Part shown: piece by piece, positions 24,340-36,855 of the stretch | Numbering within the stretch: the stretch's first letter is position 1 | Layout: each line of letters opens with the position of its first letter | Source: Octopus vulgaris | Lineage: Eukaryota | Reading direction: 5' to 3' | DNA: 64,000 nucleotides | Assembly (NCBI GenBank): GCA_951406725.2 | Contig: OX597827.1 | Span: forward strand, 35,526,001-35,590,000 | Notes under the pieces: generated by a model | Seen by the model: only the letters and a program-made list of their open reading frames with translations | The model's database searches: none | Told to the model about the DNA's origin: nothing | Program-made: the position numbers and the translations under genes

Positions 24340-25780
24340 GCTGATCGGCAAGTGGGGCCTTAGAGTCAACCTAGCTAAAACCAAAGTTCTAATAAGTAGG
24401 AAGGTAGACAAACCACAACCCCCTTCAGGCTGATGGCCCTTTCGATCTGTAGAAAAGGCGTAGGTAGAAACTCTATAAGATGCACCAAGTGTAAGCTATG
24501 GACACATAAGAGGTGCACCAATGTCAAAGGAAGGCAAGACTAGGAAGATAGTTTTTGTATGTGGCAGATGCTCAGGAGCAATAAACGCTGAAAGTGTGCA
24601 GAGAACAACTGCTGCCACATTCCAGGGAGAAAAACTAGAAGTAGTTGATAGCTTCCGTTACCTAGGTGACAAAGTCAGTTGCGGGGATGGGTGCGCTGAA
24701 AGTGTAGCTGCTAGAATAAGAATAGCCTGGGCAAAGTTCAGAGAGCTCCTACCTCTGCTGGTGACAAAAGGCCTCTTGCTCAGAGTAAAAGGTAGACTGT
24801 ATGATGCATGTGTATGAACAACCATGCTACATGGCAGTAAAACATGGGCCGTGACTGCCGAGGATATGCGTAAGCTTGCAAGGAACGAAGCCAGTATGCT
24901 CCGCTGGATGTGTAATGTCAGTGTGCATACTCGACAGACTGTAAATGCCTTGAGAGAAAAGTTGGACCTAAGAAGCATCAGATGTGGTGTGCAAGAGAGA
25001 CGACTGCGCTGGTATGGTCATGTGGTGCGAATGGATGAGGACAGCCGTGTGAAAAAGTGTCACACTCTAGCGGTTGAGGGAAACTGTGGAAGAGGTAGAC
25101 CCAAGAAGACCTGGGATGAAGTGGTGAAGCAATGGCTAGTGATCGAGACCTTTGGAAATATGCTGAGCTTGAAAAAAACCGGCAAGCCAAGTAAGACCAT
25201 AACCCGTGGCCTATGCCAGTGATGTAACGAGCCCTCTGAGGCGTACCTTTCTTCCATTGGACACTAAACTCTGTTTGTGAAGATATTCAGGCAAGTGTAA
25301 TCGAAATCAAGTTCGATGACAGCACCGCCTGACTGGCACCCCTGCTAGTGGAGCGCTAAGAGCACCATCCGAGCGTGAACGTTACCAGGGCCGCTAACTA
25401 GCCCCGTGTCGGTGGCACGTAAAAAGCACCATTCGAGTGTGATCGTTACTAGCGTCGCCTTACTAGCACTTGTGCCGGTGGTACGTGAAAAACAGCATTC
25501 GAGCAAAGGCGTTGCCAGTGCCGCTGGACTGGCTCCTGTGCAGGTGGCACGTAAAAAACACCATTTGAGCATGACCATTGCCAGTACAGCCTGATTGGCC
25601 TTCGTGCCGGTGGCACGTAAAAGCACCCACTACATTCTCGGAGTGGTTGGCGTTAGAAAGGGCATCCAGCTGTAGAAACTCTGCCAGTTCAGATTGGAGC
25701 CTGGTGCAGCCATCTGACTCACCAGTGCCCAGTCAAACCGTCCAACCCATGCCAGCATGGAAGGCGGACGTTAAACGATG
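24340..25780 (+). mobile_element. 5'-truncated RTE-clade LINE: C-terminal part of the ORF with a PHD-like finger, plus 3' UTR
   Basis: Translates as GLRVNLAKTKVL, LEVVDSFRYLG, ARIRIAWAKFREL, MLHGSKTW, ERRLRWYGHVVRM and GRGRPKKTW, with stops present. The tail ends in gttaaacgatgat. Confidence 0.92.
25340..25630 (+). repeat. About five degenerate 66-bp tandem units in the RTE 3' UTR
   Basis: The core ggtggcacgtaaaaagcacc occurs at 25411, 25477, 25543 and 25609, with a diverged copy at 25347. Confidence 0.8.
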
Positions 25781-25852
<72 letters not shown>

Positions 25853-26451
25853 ATACTGTTGTGTCTGGGGAGAGTCATTCTCTTTTAGTGCCTTATTATT
25901 TAACACACTCACCGGTAAAATTTCCACTTATTTCTTGTTTTTATTTTCTAAAATTTTCGTTGCGTCTTGCAACCTTTTCAATAGTCTTGACTCTCTCTAT
26001 ATATAGATATATGCACACACACACACACGTACGTACGTACGTATGTATGATGGGTTTCCACACGGCCTCCAACTACATAAATGTTCTCATAAGGTATTGG
26101 TTGGCTGTGGGACCGAACCAGCAACTAACCACATGGTTGCAAAGCAAGCATCTTAACCACGCAACTATTGTCTGCACCAATATTAAAAGAATCTATAAAT
26201 CAGCACTTTTCGTTTTATCCAGAATTATTTTGTTATTTTTTTTTAGAAACCCTACCTCCAGCTTCCTCATTTTTCAGATGAGTTTTTTTTTTTTTTTGCA
26301 TTTGTGGTCATTTAAATATCCGATCATTAATCTTATTCCATTTTATATGCTCACTGAATTGATTTTTGCCTACATAGATGGCCGCACTTCTTAATTCTCT
26401 GGATTCTGAAAGTTTAGTGATTGTGTTAACTACTAGATAACCTAAACAAAA

Positions 26452-26615
26452 CAGAGATAATATACATCCCCACTTAACCGTGGATGTTCTTTACTGCGGT
26501 AAAGAAATTTTCGTATAGGCTTTTTGATGCAAAACTCTCGTCTCATAGTAACTACTTAAGTAAAGTCTGTTCTAATAGAACATCCACGTTTAAGTGGAGA
26601 TAAATATTACCTCTC
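26452..26615. mobile_element. Small MITE-like foldback
   Basis: Imperfect inverted arms of about 40 bp: agagataatatacatccccacttaaccgtggatgttct and agaacatccacgtttaagtggagataaatattacctct. Confidence 0.55.
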
Positions 26616-27539
26616 AGTATTAATAAGTACTGCCTCTGTCGCTAATACATATTTTCCACACAAAATAATCTCAACTTATTGAAATTTGCATGGTTTGTCG
26701 GACTTTACTAAGGGACATAACCGTGTAATTATTAGTTATTCAAACATTTAAATAATAAATTTTATACTACTTTTTAAAAGATTCTAGCAAATATTTGATA
26801 AATTTTGACAAAAACAGAAAAATGCAAAAGTTTTTCTTTTACTTACAAGGAAATTTTCTTTACCAAATATGATTTAAATAACTATGAGTCTTGACAATGT
26901 AGTTACGCAAATATATCACAAAATATAAGTTAATTTAATAAACAAAATGTATGCTTTATATTCTAATATATATATTTCAGAAAGTACTGTTCTAGTTATA
27001 TATCAAAACATCACGAAGACACTGAAAACTTATTTGCCAATTTTTTTAAAGCCGCAATGACAAATCTTAAGATATAAAAGCATTTAGTTTCGTTTCGCTG
27101 AAAATATTTTCCGCGTTGACTTTTCATTTTGTACTGTTCAACAAACTTTAACATTTGTATCTTAAACAATCGTAGAAGAAATGAAATTATGGTAATTTTA
27201 GAAAAATTTCTTCACTCTTTAAATAAATTTATCAAAGGTTTTGACAGATCTTTTCGCTTTGACCGGCAGATTTTTAAAATAATTTCTTTGTAACAAAATC
27301 GTTGTGAAACATTCTATATTTTACTTCAATTATTTTTTTTGCTGTGCACAACCATTATTGTTACATATCTTATAAAATTATGTGAAACCACTTTCAATTA
27401 TATATTAGTTGAACTTTAAATAATTTTATATTACAGTTAAGTGGTTTTATTTTACTATGTATAGTATATAGTTTTAATTATAATTATTGTTTTCGTAAAA
27501 ATCTCCGCTCCACTTTTTCATTAAAGTTAGAAAAGTAGG

Positions 27540-27551
27540 TGCGCATGCTCA
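27540..27551. promoter_or_regulatory. NRF1-like motif in the likely TMEM127 promoter
   Basis: TGCGCATGCTCA differs by one base from TGCGCATGCGCA and lies about 240 bp upstream of the ATG. Confidence 0.4.
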
Positions 27552-27789
27552 GAAGTAAAGAGATTAATTCTTGTTAGTCTTATGTAAAAACTTCTTAACT
27601 ATTTCCTTAACTTGAAATTTCCTGGGCTTCATTTGATCATTTACCAACGAAAACGGATCGCTACCACCTCCCAGGTAACTCTGGAAATAACCAACAATTT
27701 TATTATCCATTGGGAGGGGGTTTTAAACAGGAAAATAATTACAACTAAAGCAAAAATAGGGCGTTTGAATTGCAGTTTGTTAACAAAAT

Positions 27790-29125
27790 ATGCCCGACTC
27801 TCCTCAAACGAGATCGAGTCGAAATAACAGAGGACATCAAAGAGTTTGTCGTGTGTCCAGATCTAATCGTAGCGGGCGCTCTTCTCGCGTACAGCAGACT
27901 TCGTCGTCATCATCGTCTTCGTTGTCTTCTTGTTCGTCAAGTAATTCACCTTTGACCCATACTTCCAGTATAAACACACTCAGTGGTAACGCTGCTGCTT
28001 GTGGGGTCACCAGCTTCACCAACACTGGTTTATCTCCGCCTCCACCGCCGTACTATCCAAATCATACCAACAGTTCTGTGGGTCTCGGAGGTTTCTGTCC
28101 TGTTTCATCCACTTCTGGCACTGCAGTGACCTTAAACGGTGTCGGTCCGGCCATTCAATTACCGCAGTACACTGTACATCCGTGTCATTACGCTCTGCCG
28201 CCCTACTCCAGCGCAATTGCCCTCACGCCTACCAACAACTCGGCCGTTACGTCGCACGTCACGTCTAGACCATCGTCGAATTCCTCAGCTACAGCCACCA
28301 TGACCACATCGCCTTTTTACGGGGGTGTAGGTGCACCCCCACCACCGCCGTCTTACACGGCTCTGCCGAGAGTCAGCAGTGGACATCACCACCACCGCCA
28401 TCACACTAGTGCCAACGCGAACAGTAACAATAACAACAACAGCAGCAACAGACACCACTATAGCGGTAGCGGTAATAATAACAGCAGCAATAACAACCAC
28501 CATCATCATCACAACAACAACAATGCAATGAACACGGGTTCAAATGCTTCTACTGCTGTCACGTCCGCCAGTTCTGTTTCATCTTCAAGTACCACACTGA
28601 GTTTGGGTAACAGCGGAGGAGGCGGCGGTGGTGGTAGTAGTGGTGGTGGCGGTCATTCGTCGTCTTCTCTGGCATCTTTTTCTGTCGGTCACCATGGCTA
28701 CCACCATTTGTCGTCGGCACCGTCGTCCACCGGGGGTGGTGGCGGCGGTGGTGGTCTCTTTTCATCGGCCGCTTCGGCTGCGGCGTTCATCTCTTCTGGG
28801 CACCATCACAACCATCGGCGACTGCTAAAGCATCGCGAGCGTAACATACTTTCAGCTGTGGTCAGTATGCTTGTCATTGTGGTTTTGTGCACGGCCCTCG
28901 TTGAACCCAATTGGATTGCTGTGTCGGGAGGTGGCTGCAAGGAGAAACACCTCGGAGTTTACCAGTTCTTTTATCCCGGTTACTTCCTTGATCATCGGGC
29001 ATCGTTACCAATGAACATAGAAAGCAACAGCCAGACTGCTGTCGAGGTCATGGTACCAAATGAAGAGAAATCCAGTAAAATGGTAACCGGATTTAGTTAC
29101 AAATATGGACCGGGTAATGACGAAG
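27790..29125 (+). CDS. TMEM127: TMEM127 coding exon 1 (long low-complexity N-terminus and TM1)
   Basis: ERNILSAVVSMLVIVVLCTALVEPNWIAVSGGGC...LGV corresponds to vertebrate ERSLASA...LCTALAEPAWLHIHGGTC...LGV. Donor gaag|gtaatt, phase 1. The start ATG is inferred from the open, CpG-rich frame. Confidence 0.85.
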
Positions 29126-32100
29126 GTAATTATATCAAATATTGTTTTCGTTATTGTTAACTTTCAGTAGCAGAATCGTGAAAAAGTAACAAAATTGGTT
29201 GAGCATTTTTACTTAGGTCCGTGCCTTTACATTTTGAGTTCAGATCCCTCAAGTGTCAACTTTGATTTCATTTTTTTTTTTTCGGAGTCCGATAAAATTA
29301 GCACCAATCAAATATGAAGTCGATAAAATTGACCCCCCCCCCCCTTTTTTTGTCTCAATGTTTCTAGTCCTGTGTCTTTGTAAGAAATTATTTACGCTGT
29401 AACAATTATTCAATAAAGAAACGATTCTTAATTATTGCTTTTTCCTAAAAGTTATCTAGGTTCCAGAATCCTTTTCGCAAAATGACAACTTTAAGTGACC
29501 GCAGAACAAATAAAATTTTGATATTTTCAGTTGTAGACATTTTATTTATTTTATTGCAAACATTAAAAGAAACAAAATTAACTTTTCATTATATTTTAAA
29601 ATAGGAAAGAAAATTTTTTAGCTCCAGCTTTATACTGTTAGAAAGCCTCTATTGACTGTAACCTTGACACAATACATTTCTTGTGTTGAAAGTAGTGATG
29701 AGTTTGGCAGAAATAGAAAGAAAAATTAGTGTCGACCTTCTAGTTTCTGTTTAAATCCAGTTATGGATTGTTTACGCTTAGCATCGATAAAATAATACCA
29801 GTAATTTCTTAAGAGTCAGTTCAGTCGACTGTATTATTTCCCCAACAACGTCTACTTAGGCTGAAGCTGGTTCTCGTCTCACTGAAGATGAAATGTAAAA
29901 TTTACTGGTGCACTTCGCATAAGTTAAACTAAATTCTAGCTTATTTCATTTATACTTCTGTTTAACTAGGTTATGAATGGCATACTTTCCAGGCCACTCA
30001 AAACATTAGTATAGATTTTCTAAGATCTTAAATTTTATGTTATTGACGGACAGCCTTCGATTTTTCTTTTATTCATAAGAGTTTTCAACCCAATATTCAG
30101 TAGATATTGTCTATAGTTTATCATCTACTTCGAGTTCCATTATTCCCATAAAGACTTAAATTGTATTTTTAATAATCGACGATGCACCGGTTTAGGAATC
30201 ACTGCTCTTAGGGGGTCACTATTCTTGTTAGAAATAAAGAGGCTGTTTTCCAAGAACTCACTGAAGTGGAGTTGTGTTTACCTAGAATTATATTTCTGCT
30301 TCAAAAATTTCTAGCCTTGTCTCTATAAGAAATTATATCACACCAATGTGTTTGGAGAATTTATGAATGTCACAGACATTCCTTCGCTAAAAATCTGAGG
30401 TTTCATTATTTTGTAAGAAATTATTAAAGGGCAGCAAGCTGGCAGAATTATTATAGTGTTGGACAAGATACTTAGCAGCATTTGTTCTGACTCTTTACAT
30501 TCTTAGTGCAAATCTCACCAAGATCAACTTTGCTTTTTTATCCTTATGGAGTGGGGGTTGATGCAATAACGTACCAGTCAAGTACTGGGGGTTGATGGTG
30601 TCAACTAACCTCCTCCACTTAAAGTTGCAGGCCTTGTGACTAAATTCGTAACATTATTATTGTTGGATGAGAGTGGTGAGTGATGAATTGGTAGTATACA
30701 TAATATGCTGAGCAAAATGACTTGTGTTAAGTTGCATCCTTTTTATGAATTCCCATTTTGCCAAAGTTGACTTTACCTTTTCCCCTTTTCTGGGTCACTG
30801 AGATGAGTACAAGACTAGAACTGGAGTTCTGTATAATCATCTCTTCCTTCAAGTTCCTCTTCGAGAGAAAGGTGCTGCCACCTAAGATGAAATGGCAAGC
30901 ATACACCCTGAATGGATGAGCCTTCCCTCAGCATGCAGCTTTATGCTGGAGGTCACAGCTGAGAGTGGCACTTGCTCTTGGTAATCCAGCATTTGTAGGA
31001 CCTTTGGATATTCCCAATTTACTAGAACAGCTTATTTCATTCAGTACTTGTTTTCCTTAGAACTCTCTTTATAAACTTCCTCCTCCCACAGACACACATT
31101 CTCTTTTTATAATTCATCCTTGTAATGTCAACTATTCTTTTCTCTAATAATCAACTGTTCTTTTCCATAAGAGGTCTTGTTATCATCTTATGTTAGAATT
31201 GGCCTAGGTCATGCATCTAATAGAATGCCAGCTATACTTCCTTTAGCTCTTTACACTTTGCATTCATGTCCCACTGAGGTCAAATTTGCCTTTTACCCCA
31301 CACCTTGGTCCATAAATAAAGTACTGGTCTGTCAACTTCAGTTGTTAGTATTGACTAACCTTTACCTTAAAAATCACTGGCCTTTTTTTATTAGGCCCTT
31401 CTCTGAGTGAACCAATTCTGTAAAGATAATTGTATAGAGATAAATATGCATAACATAATTCCCTTGTGATGTTGATTCTAATAGTTAGTGTAAAATACAT
31501 ACATGTAGTGATCACATGTAGAAAACATCTCTGAATGTTTACATTCATTAACTGTTTCACAAATATTCAGTCAAATATTTCATTTGATTAATGGAATGGG
31601 ATAGAAGGAGCTCATCAAACACAGCCCCTCTTCAATGAATGAAGTCTCTGATTGAGTTAATGAGATTTTGTCAATCAGATTACAAGTCTCCATTTTTAGA
31701 AATAATAAAATTATTCCATTTTTAACATCAACCTTTTTTCGCTATGGACCACCAAAATAAGTAATTTTTCCCTGAGGACCACCTCAAATTTTTAATTTAT
31801 TATCAAAGAACTGCTATTCATAAATATTAGTATCATTTTCACTTTGCAATGAAAGTTCCTTTTTCATCCTCATATGGGACATTACAGAGAACAAATAACT
31901 GAGAACACCAATAACAAAACCAATTTGCAAATGCACAATGTGGAGGGTAAATTCAGAAAATGTGAGGAGTTAAGTTGGGATCGGTACAAAAGGTTGTGTA
32001 AACATTTGAGGGAATATAACAAATTGAATTAACTTTAAAATGTCAGTGACAAGTTGGGAAGTGAGCTTCTTACCTCACAGCCTCACCTGCATCTATTTTC

Positions 32101-32727
32101 TTTTTTTCATCTTTTTCAGCTAAGGTGGCCAATACAATAAGAACTAGTAATATATTGAGGCCCATTCATTCACCTTGACTGACTGACTCTTTTCATATAA
32201 TTTCCTTTTGGATTTAATCAGTGTAAATCAATAATTTGTGGTAAAACATTATTAACAGGAAACAAAAACAATGGTTGTTGATGAGATTTAGATCCAGGTC
32301 AGCTTTATTTGAGGAGACCTACAATCAAAGGTAGTCCATTCATGACCAGTTAGTCTTTATTGAAACAGCATATCCAGGACATTATTATCAAATATGTCAC
32401 TCCTCTTTTGAGATGGTAGAGTGTCATTTGAATGTGATTTTGGCACCATTTCTAGCAAATTGTGTGGCAACACAGAGATTTCTCTTGTCTCAATTAACAA
32501 TAGTATGCAAATATGGTAATATGCCAACTGTGGCGGCAAGGTCAAAATTGTTAATTTTTAGTATGTCCATGATCAAGTTGCTTCTCTAATTAAATGATAT
32601 GGTTATTCCTGTACATGTCTTCTTAGCCAAAGCAGAAATAGATTTCCCACTTATTTTATCTTCTGTAAAAATGGTCATCACACACATTAGTAAGGTGAAT
32701 AATCTCTATAACCCTGGGGTCAGTAAG

Positions 32728-32785
32728 ACTCACTGAAGATGAACTAAGAGCTTTTCTCAAAGTTCAAAATCACGGTGATACGGGT
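32728..32785 (+). ncRNA. Degenerate type I hammerhead-like motif
   Basis: CTGAAGA-tgaact...agttc-AAA-ATCAC-g-GTGAT-A. GAAA has become AAAA, as expected from CpG decay of cGAAA. Confidence 0.5.
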
Positions 32786-33377
32786 ATGTCTGGCTTTTTC
32801 AATTTTCAATTATTTTCGTCATTGGTTCAGGGCTTTGGAATTTTTATTCATTTGCCCACTTTCACCTTAGTGGTTTGGTTATTTTGATTGCTATATTTAG
32901 CCTGCTGGTACTGCTTGTTAGTACCCTTAATTATTAATTGATAAATTTTTACACATGCTAAACCACTGATATTATTATAAACAATAATATCCTCATATAC
33001 ATGTATATATAGCGTGTGTGTGTGTGTATGCATGTTTCTATCTGTATGTTTATGTCTATGTATAGTTTCGTTTTTTGAATTTCACACCATTGGGGAAAGA
33101 GCCAGTTTCTAAACCAGAAACAAGACTCCTTCATTGAAATGAACCAGGTAGTTGTGTATATATATATATATATATATTCCCTTTAGACTAGTTTGAACCA
33201 ATTTATGGCTCTAGCATATAAACTGTAATACAATTTGTAGTCTATCTTTATTTGAATTAGTGTGAATATTTATATATCTCTCTGCAGAAATATTATTGTA
33301 ATGTGTATACCTGTACTTGTGGATCATGTATTTTTGTTTTAAATTGTCCCACGATATGTATTTTGTTGTTTGTGATC

Positions 33378-33600
33378 TTAACTCTTTACTCTTTTACTTG
33401 TTTCAGTCATTTGACTGTGGCCATGCTGGAGCACCGGCTTTAGTTGAGCACATCGACCCCAGAATTTATTCTTTGTAAGCCTAGTACTTATTCTATCGGT
33501 TCCTTTTTGCTGAGCCGCTAAGTTATGGGGACGTAAACGCCAGCATCGGTTGTCAAGCGATGTTGGGTGGGGGTGGGGACAAACACAGACACAAACATAT
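33378..33600 (-). mobile_element. Family 2 SINE 3' part (tail ccagcatggccacagtcaaatgactgaaac)
   Basis: Same tail as the copies at 35415-35805 and 43478-43835. Confidence 0.75.
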
Positions 33601-33809
33601 ACACACATATACATATCTCACTATTTCATTTACCAGTGCATTATTCTATAAATAAATCTTTATTTTTCCCACTGATTGTGAGAACATATATGTGTGCTTT
33701 TGCTACCATAGTAGGGCGTCTGTTTTAATGACTAGTTTACAATCTATGGCAGCTGGCTTTTGTTCTGAATTCCAAAATTCAGAACACAACTGTCCCCCAA
33801 GGATTGTGT

Positions 33810-33878
<69 letters not shown>

Positions 33879-33882
<4 letters not shown>

Positions 33883-35051
33883 GTCATTAAGAATGAAACG
33901 TCTGATTTTGAACTGAAAGTTTATTTTACTTTATCTCAACAAAAAGCAATGCAGTTAATCAAAGTATGCACTTAAATTATCAACACAATTTTGCCATTTT
34001 GTCTGCAGCAAAGAATTCTAGGGAGCAAGAGGTAACGAAATCACGAAAGGCTGTTTTTACATCTTCTTCAGATTTGAAGCTTTTTCCTTGCAAAAAATTG
34101 TCTAATGCCTATAAAACATGATAGTAGGTGCAAGGTCTGGTGAATATGGTGGATGACAAAGTACTTCCAAGTTCAGTTCCTGTAACATGTGTAATGTTCT
34201 TTGTGCAACATGTGGTCGAGCATTGTCTTTTCAAGAAAATTGGCCTGTCTCTATTGACCAATCTTGGTTGTTTAATTGGAAATTCATCATTTCATTGCCA
34301 GTGAATGAATTGCAAGTTCATCGTTTCATCCAATTGGTTGATGTTTCCATCTGCTGTAATTGACTTACCAGGTCTCATGAAGCTGTAGTGGATAACACCA
34401 GCACTGGACCACCAAACAGACACCATTAGCTTTTTTTGGGGGGGTGAATATTCTTTTTTGGATTGTGTTTTGGCACTTCGTCTCTATCTAACCACCATGC
34501 ACAATGCTTGCTATTGTTGAAAAGAATCCATTTTCCATCACATGTAACAATTCGAGGCAAAAATGATTCGCTTTTATGCCATGACAGCAAAGAACAAGTT
34601 TCAAGACAATATGTCATTTGATGTTTGTTCAGTTTTAGTGGTACCCACTTGTCCAGCTTCTTTACCTTACTGATGTGTTTCAGATGGTCCAATGCAGTTG
34701 GATCGAAATATCAAACCTTGCTGCCAACTCACACATAGTTTGAGATGTATCTGCTTCCACTACAGTTTCAAGCTCATCATTATCCACCTTGGTCTCAGGT
34801 TTACCATAGGGCTGATTTTCAAGAGTAAAGTCACCTAACCAGAATTCATATTCATAAACACAAATTTTTGATCTATCCATGAATTCACAAAAATTTATTT
34901 ACAAGAGAAAACTCACAATATAATTGCATTTCGAAAAGTGATGATGTAACTCTTTAATGTTGTAAAACAAAGAATTGTCGGGATAAAACATTAAAGTTGA
35001 CGACTGTCAAACTTGGTGCATAAGAAAATTGGACATTTCATTCTTAATGAC

Positions 35052-35055
<4 letters not shown>
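33879..35055 (-). mobile_element. Full-length degenerate mariner transposon
   Basis: TIRs tcaggtcattaagaatgaaa(c/t)gtc at both ends, embedded in (TA)n. Transposase motifs WVPLKL (WVPHEL), IVTCDGKW (IVTGDEKW) and HPPYSPDLAP, with frameshifts and stops. Confidence 0.95.
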
Positions 35056-35080
<25 letters not shown>

Positions 35081-35083
<3 letters not shown>

Positions 35084-35346
35084 ACAAAAGGGACATTAGC
35101 CATTTGAATGTGGCTAGGGACAGGGCAGGGCGGTGGAGGTGTTACTGATGCATTTAGCCCCAGGCGATCATCAACGTCACCAGATAGGCTTGACGCCATC
35201 ACGGTGTCCTCTATCCTGCAAACCGTGATGGTGTCAAGCCTATCTGGTGACGTTGATGATCGCCTGGGGCTAAATGCATCAGTAACACCCCCACCGCCCT
35301 GCCCTGTCCCTAGCCACATTCAAATGGCTAATGTCCCTTTTGTTAT
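35081..35346. repeat. Near-perfect foldback: 125-bp arms and a 16-nt loop (MITE-like)
   Basis: 35081-35205 is the reverse complement of 35222-35346, with two differences seen. Confidence 0.95.
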
Positions 35347-35414
35347 GGAGCAGTTACTGTCTATATCTTGTTTAGAGAATTATTATTGCTATATATATAT
35401 ATATGTATATAAGC

Positions 35415-35805
35415 ACAGGCATGATTGTGTGTTAAAAAGCTTGCTTACCAACCACATGGTTGCAGTTTCAGTCCCACTGCATGGTACCTTGGCCAAATGT
35501 CTTCTCCTATAGCCCTGAGCCTTCAGAGTGGATTTGATAGATGAAAACTGAAAAACGCCCATCATATATGTGTGTGTGTGTGTGTGTTAGTGTCTGAGTT
35601 TGTCCTCCCCCACCACCACTTGACAACCAGTGTTGGTGTGTTTACATCCCTGTAATTTAGTGGTTCAGCAAAAAGAAACTGATAGCATAAGTACTAGGCT
35701 TCAAAAAAATAAGTCATGGAGCCAATTTGTTTGACTAAAAACCTTTCAAGGTAGTGCCCCAGCATGCCCGCACACAAATGACTGAAACAAATAAAAGATG
35801 AAAGA
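35415..35805 (+). mobile_element. Family 2 tRNA-derived SINE with an internal (TG)n
   Basis: Has the head ggcatgattgtgtgttaaaaagcttgc, the core cccactgcatggtaccttggccaaatgtcttct and the shared tail. Confidence 0.75.
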
Positions 35806-36808
35806 TATGTTGATGGGAAAGTAATTTCACATCTTTTGTACAGTACCTGTGCTCAGAAGCATATAATATTGTATTTAGACAATAGAATAACATAAATAGT
35901 AATAGCACAGGTGTGGTTGTGTGGTACTTTGGACAGATGTCTTCTACTGTAGCTCTGGGCCAACAAAAGCCTTGTAAGTGAATTCAGTAGCTGGAACCTA
36001 CATGCATACCCATTATATATATGTGTGGGTGTGTGCTTAATGAGTGTCTCCTGCTTCACAACTGGTGTTGGTTTGTTTATGTCACTGTAACTTTGTGGTT
36101 TTGCAAAAGAGACTGGTAGAATAAGTACCAGGCTTTAAAAAAAAACATAAATATGGGGGTTGATTTGTTTACCTTTCACTTGTTTCAGTCATTAAACTGC
36201 AGCCATACTGGGACACCAACTTGAAGAATTTTTAGTTGAATGAATCTAAAGGGTTTAGTCAAACCCTTGATGGGTTTGACTAAACCCTTCAAGCTGGTGC
36301 CCTTGCATGGCATGGCCATAGTCCAATAACTTGAACAAGTAAAAGATATTTTATTTCGAGTTTGTGTAACTTGTTCTCTTTTGTGTTTTGAATATTTGTT
36401 TAAATTTCACTGACACAAGATATTATTTATTGCATTCTTAAAACAATGTGTCCTGTATTGCGTTGATAAAAGAGAACAAGAGTAAAACCTAGCTAAGACA
36501 TGACTTTCTGTGGTTGTTTGACTAAACATGTTAGAGAAGATAAATCATAGCTTGTGGGCATTTACATTTTGACTTCAAATTCTGCCAAGGTCAAATATAC
36601 CTTTCATCCATCTGGGAGATGAGTGGGGGTAGGGGTCAATAAATGTAAAGAGCCTGAATAAATACTACAAGGTATTTTGTTCAACATTGATGATTTTTGT
36701 CAATCCACCATCCTGGTATCTGTTATAATGAAAACTCATTAGTTTTCTGATCATCCCAAGCTGCTGGTAAGTTCTATATGGGTCTAGATACCTGGTAAGA
36801 TTATATGT

Positions 36809-36851
<43 letters not shown>

Positions 36852-36855
<4 letters not shown>

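Noticed and set aside
25340-25630. CRISPR-like repeat-spacer appearance
   Set aside because: The spacers are similar to each other, the array lies in a LINE 3' UTR of an animal genome, and there are no cas genes.
29880-29940. CTGAAGA hammerhead-core word
   Set aside because: No matching GAAA, stem III or stem I was found nearby.
35044-35512. Two ORFs with identical N-termini on opposite strands
   Set aside because: A direct consequence of the DNA palindrome.
36852-36854. ATG as the true start of the PLE protein
   Set aside because: It is formed at the (TA)n junction. The ORF begins within the region just upstream of the RT core, so the element is 5' truncated.
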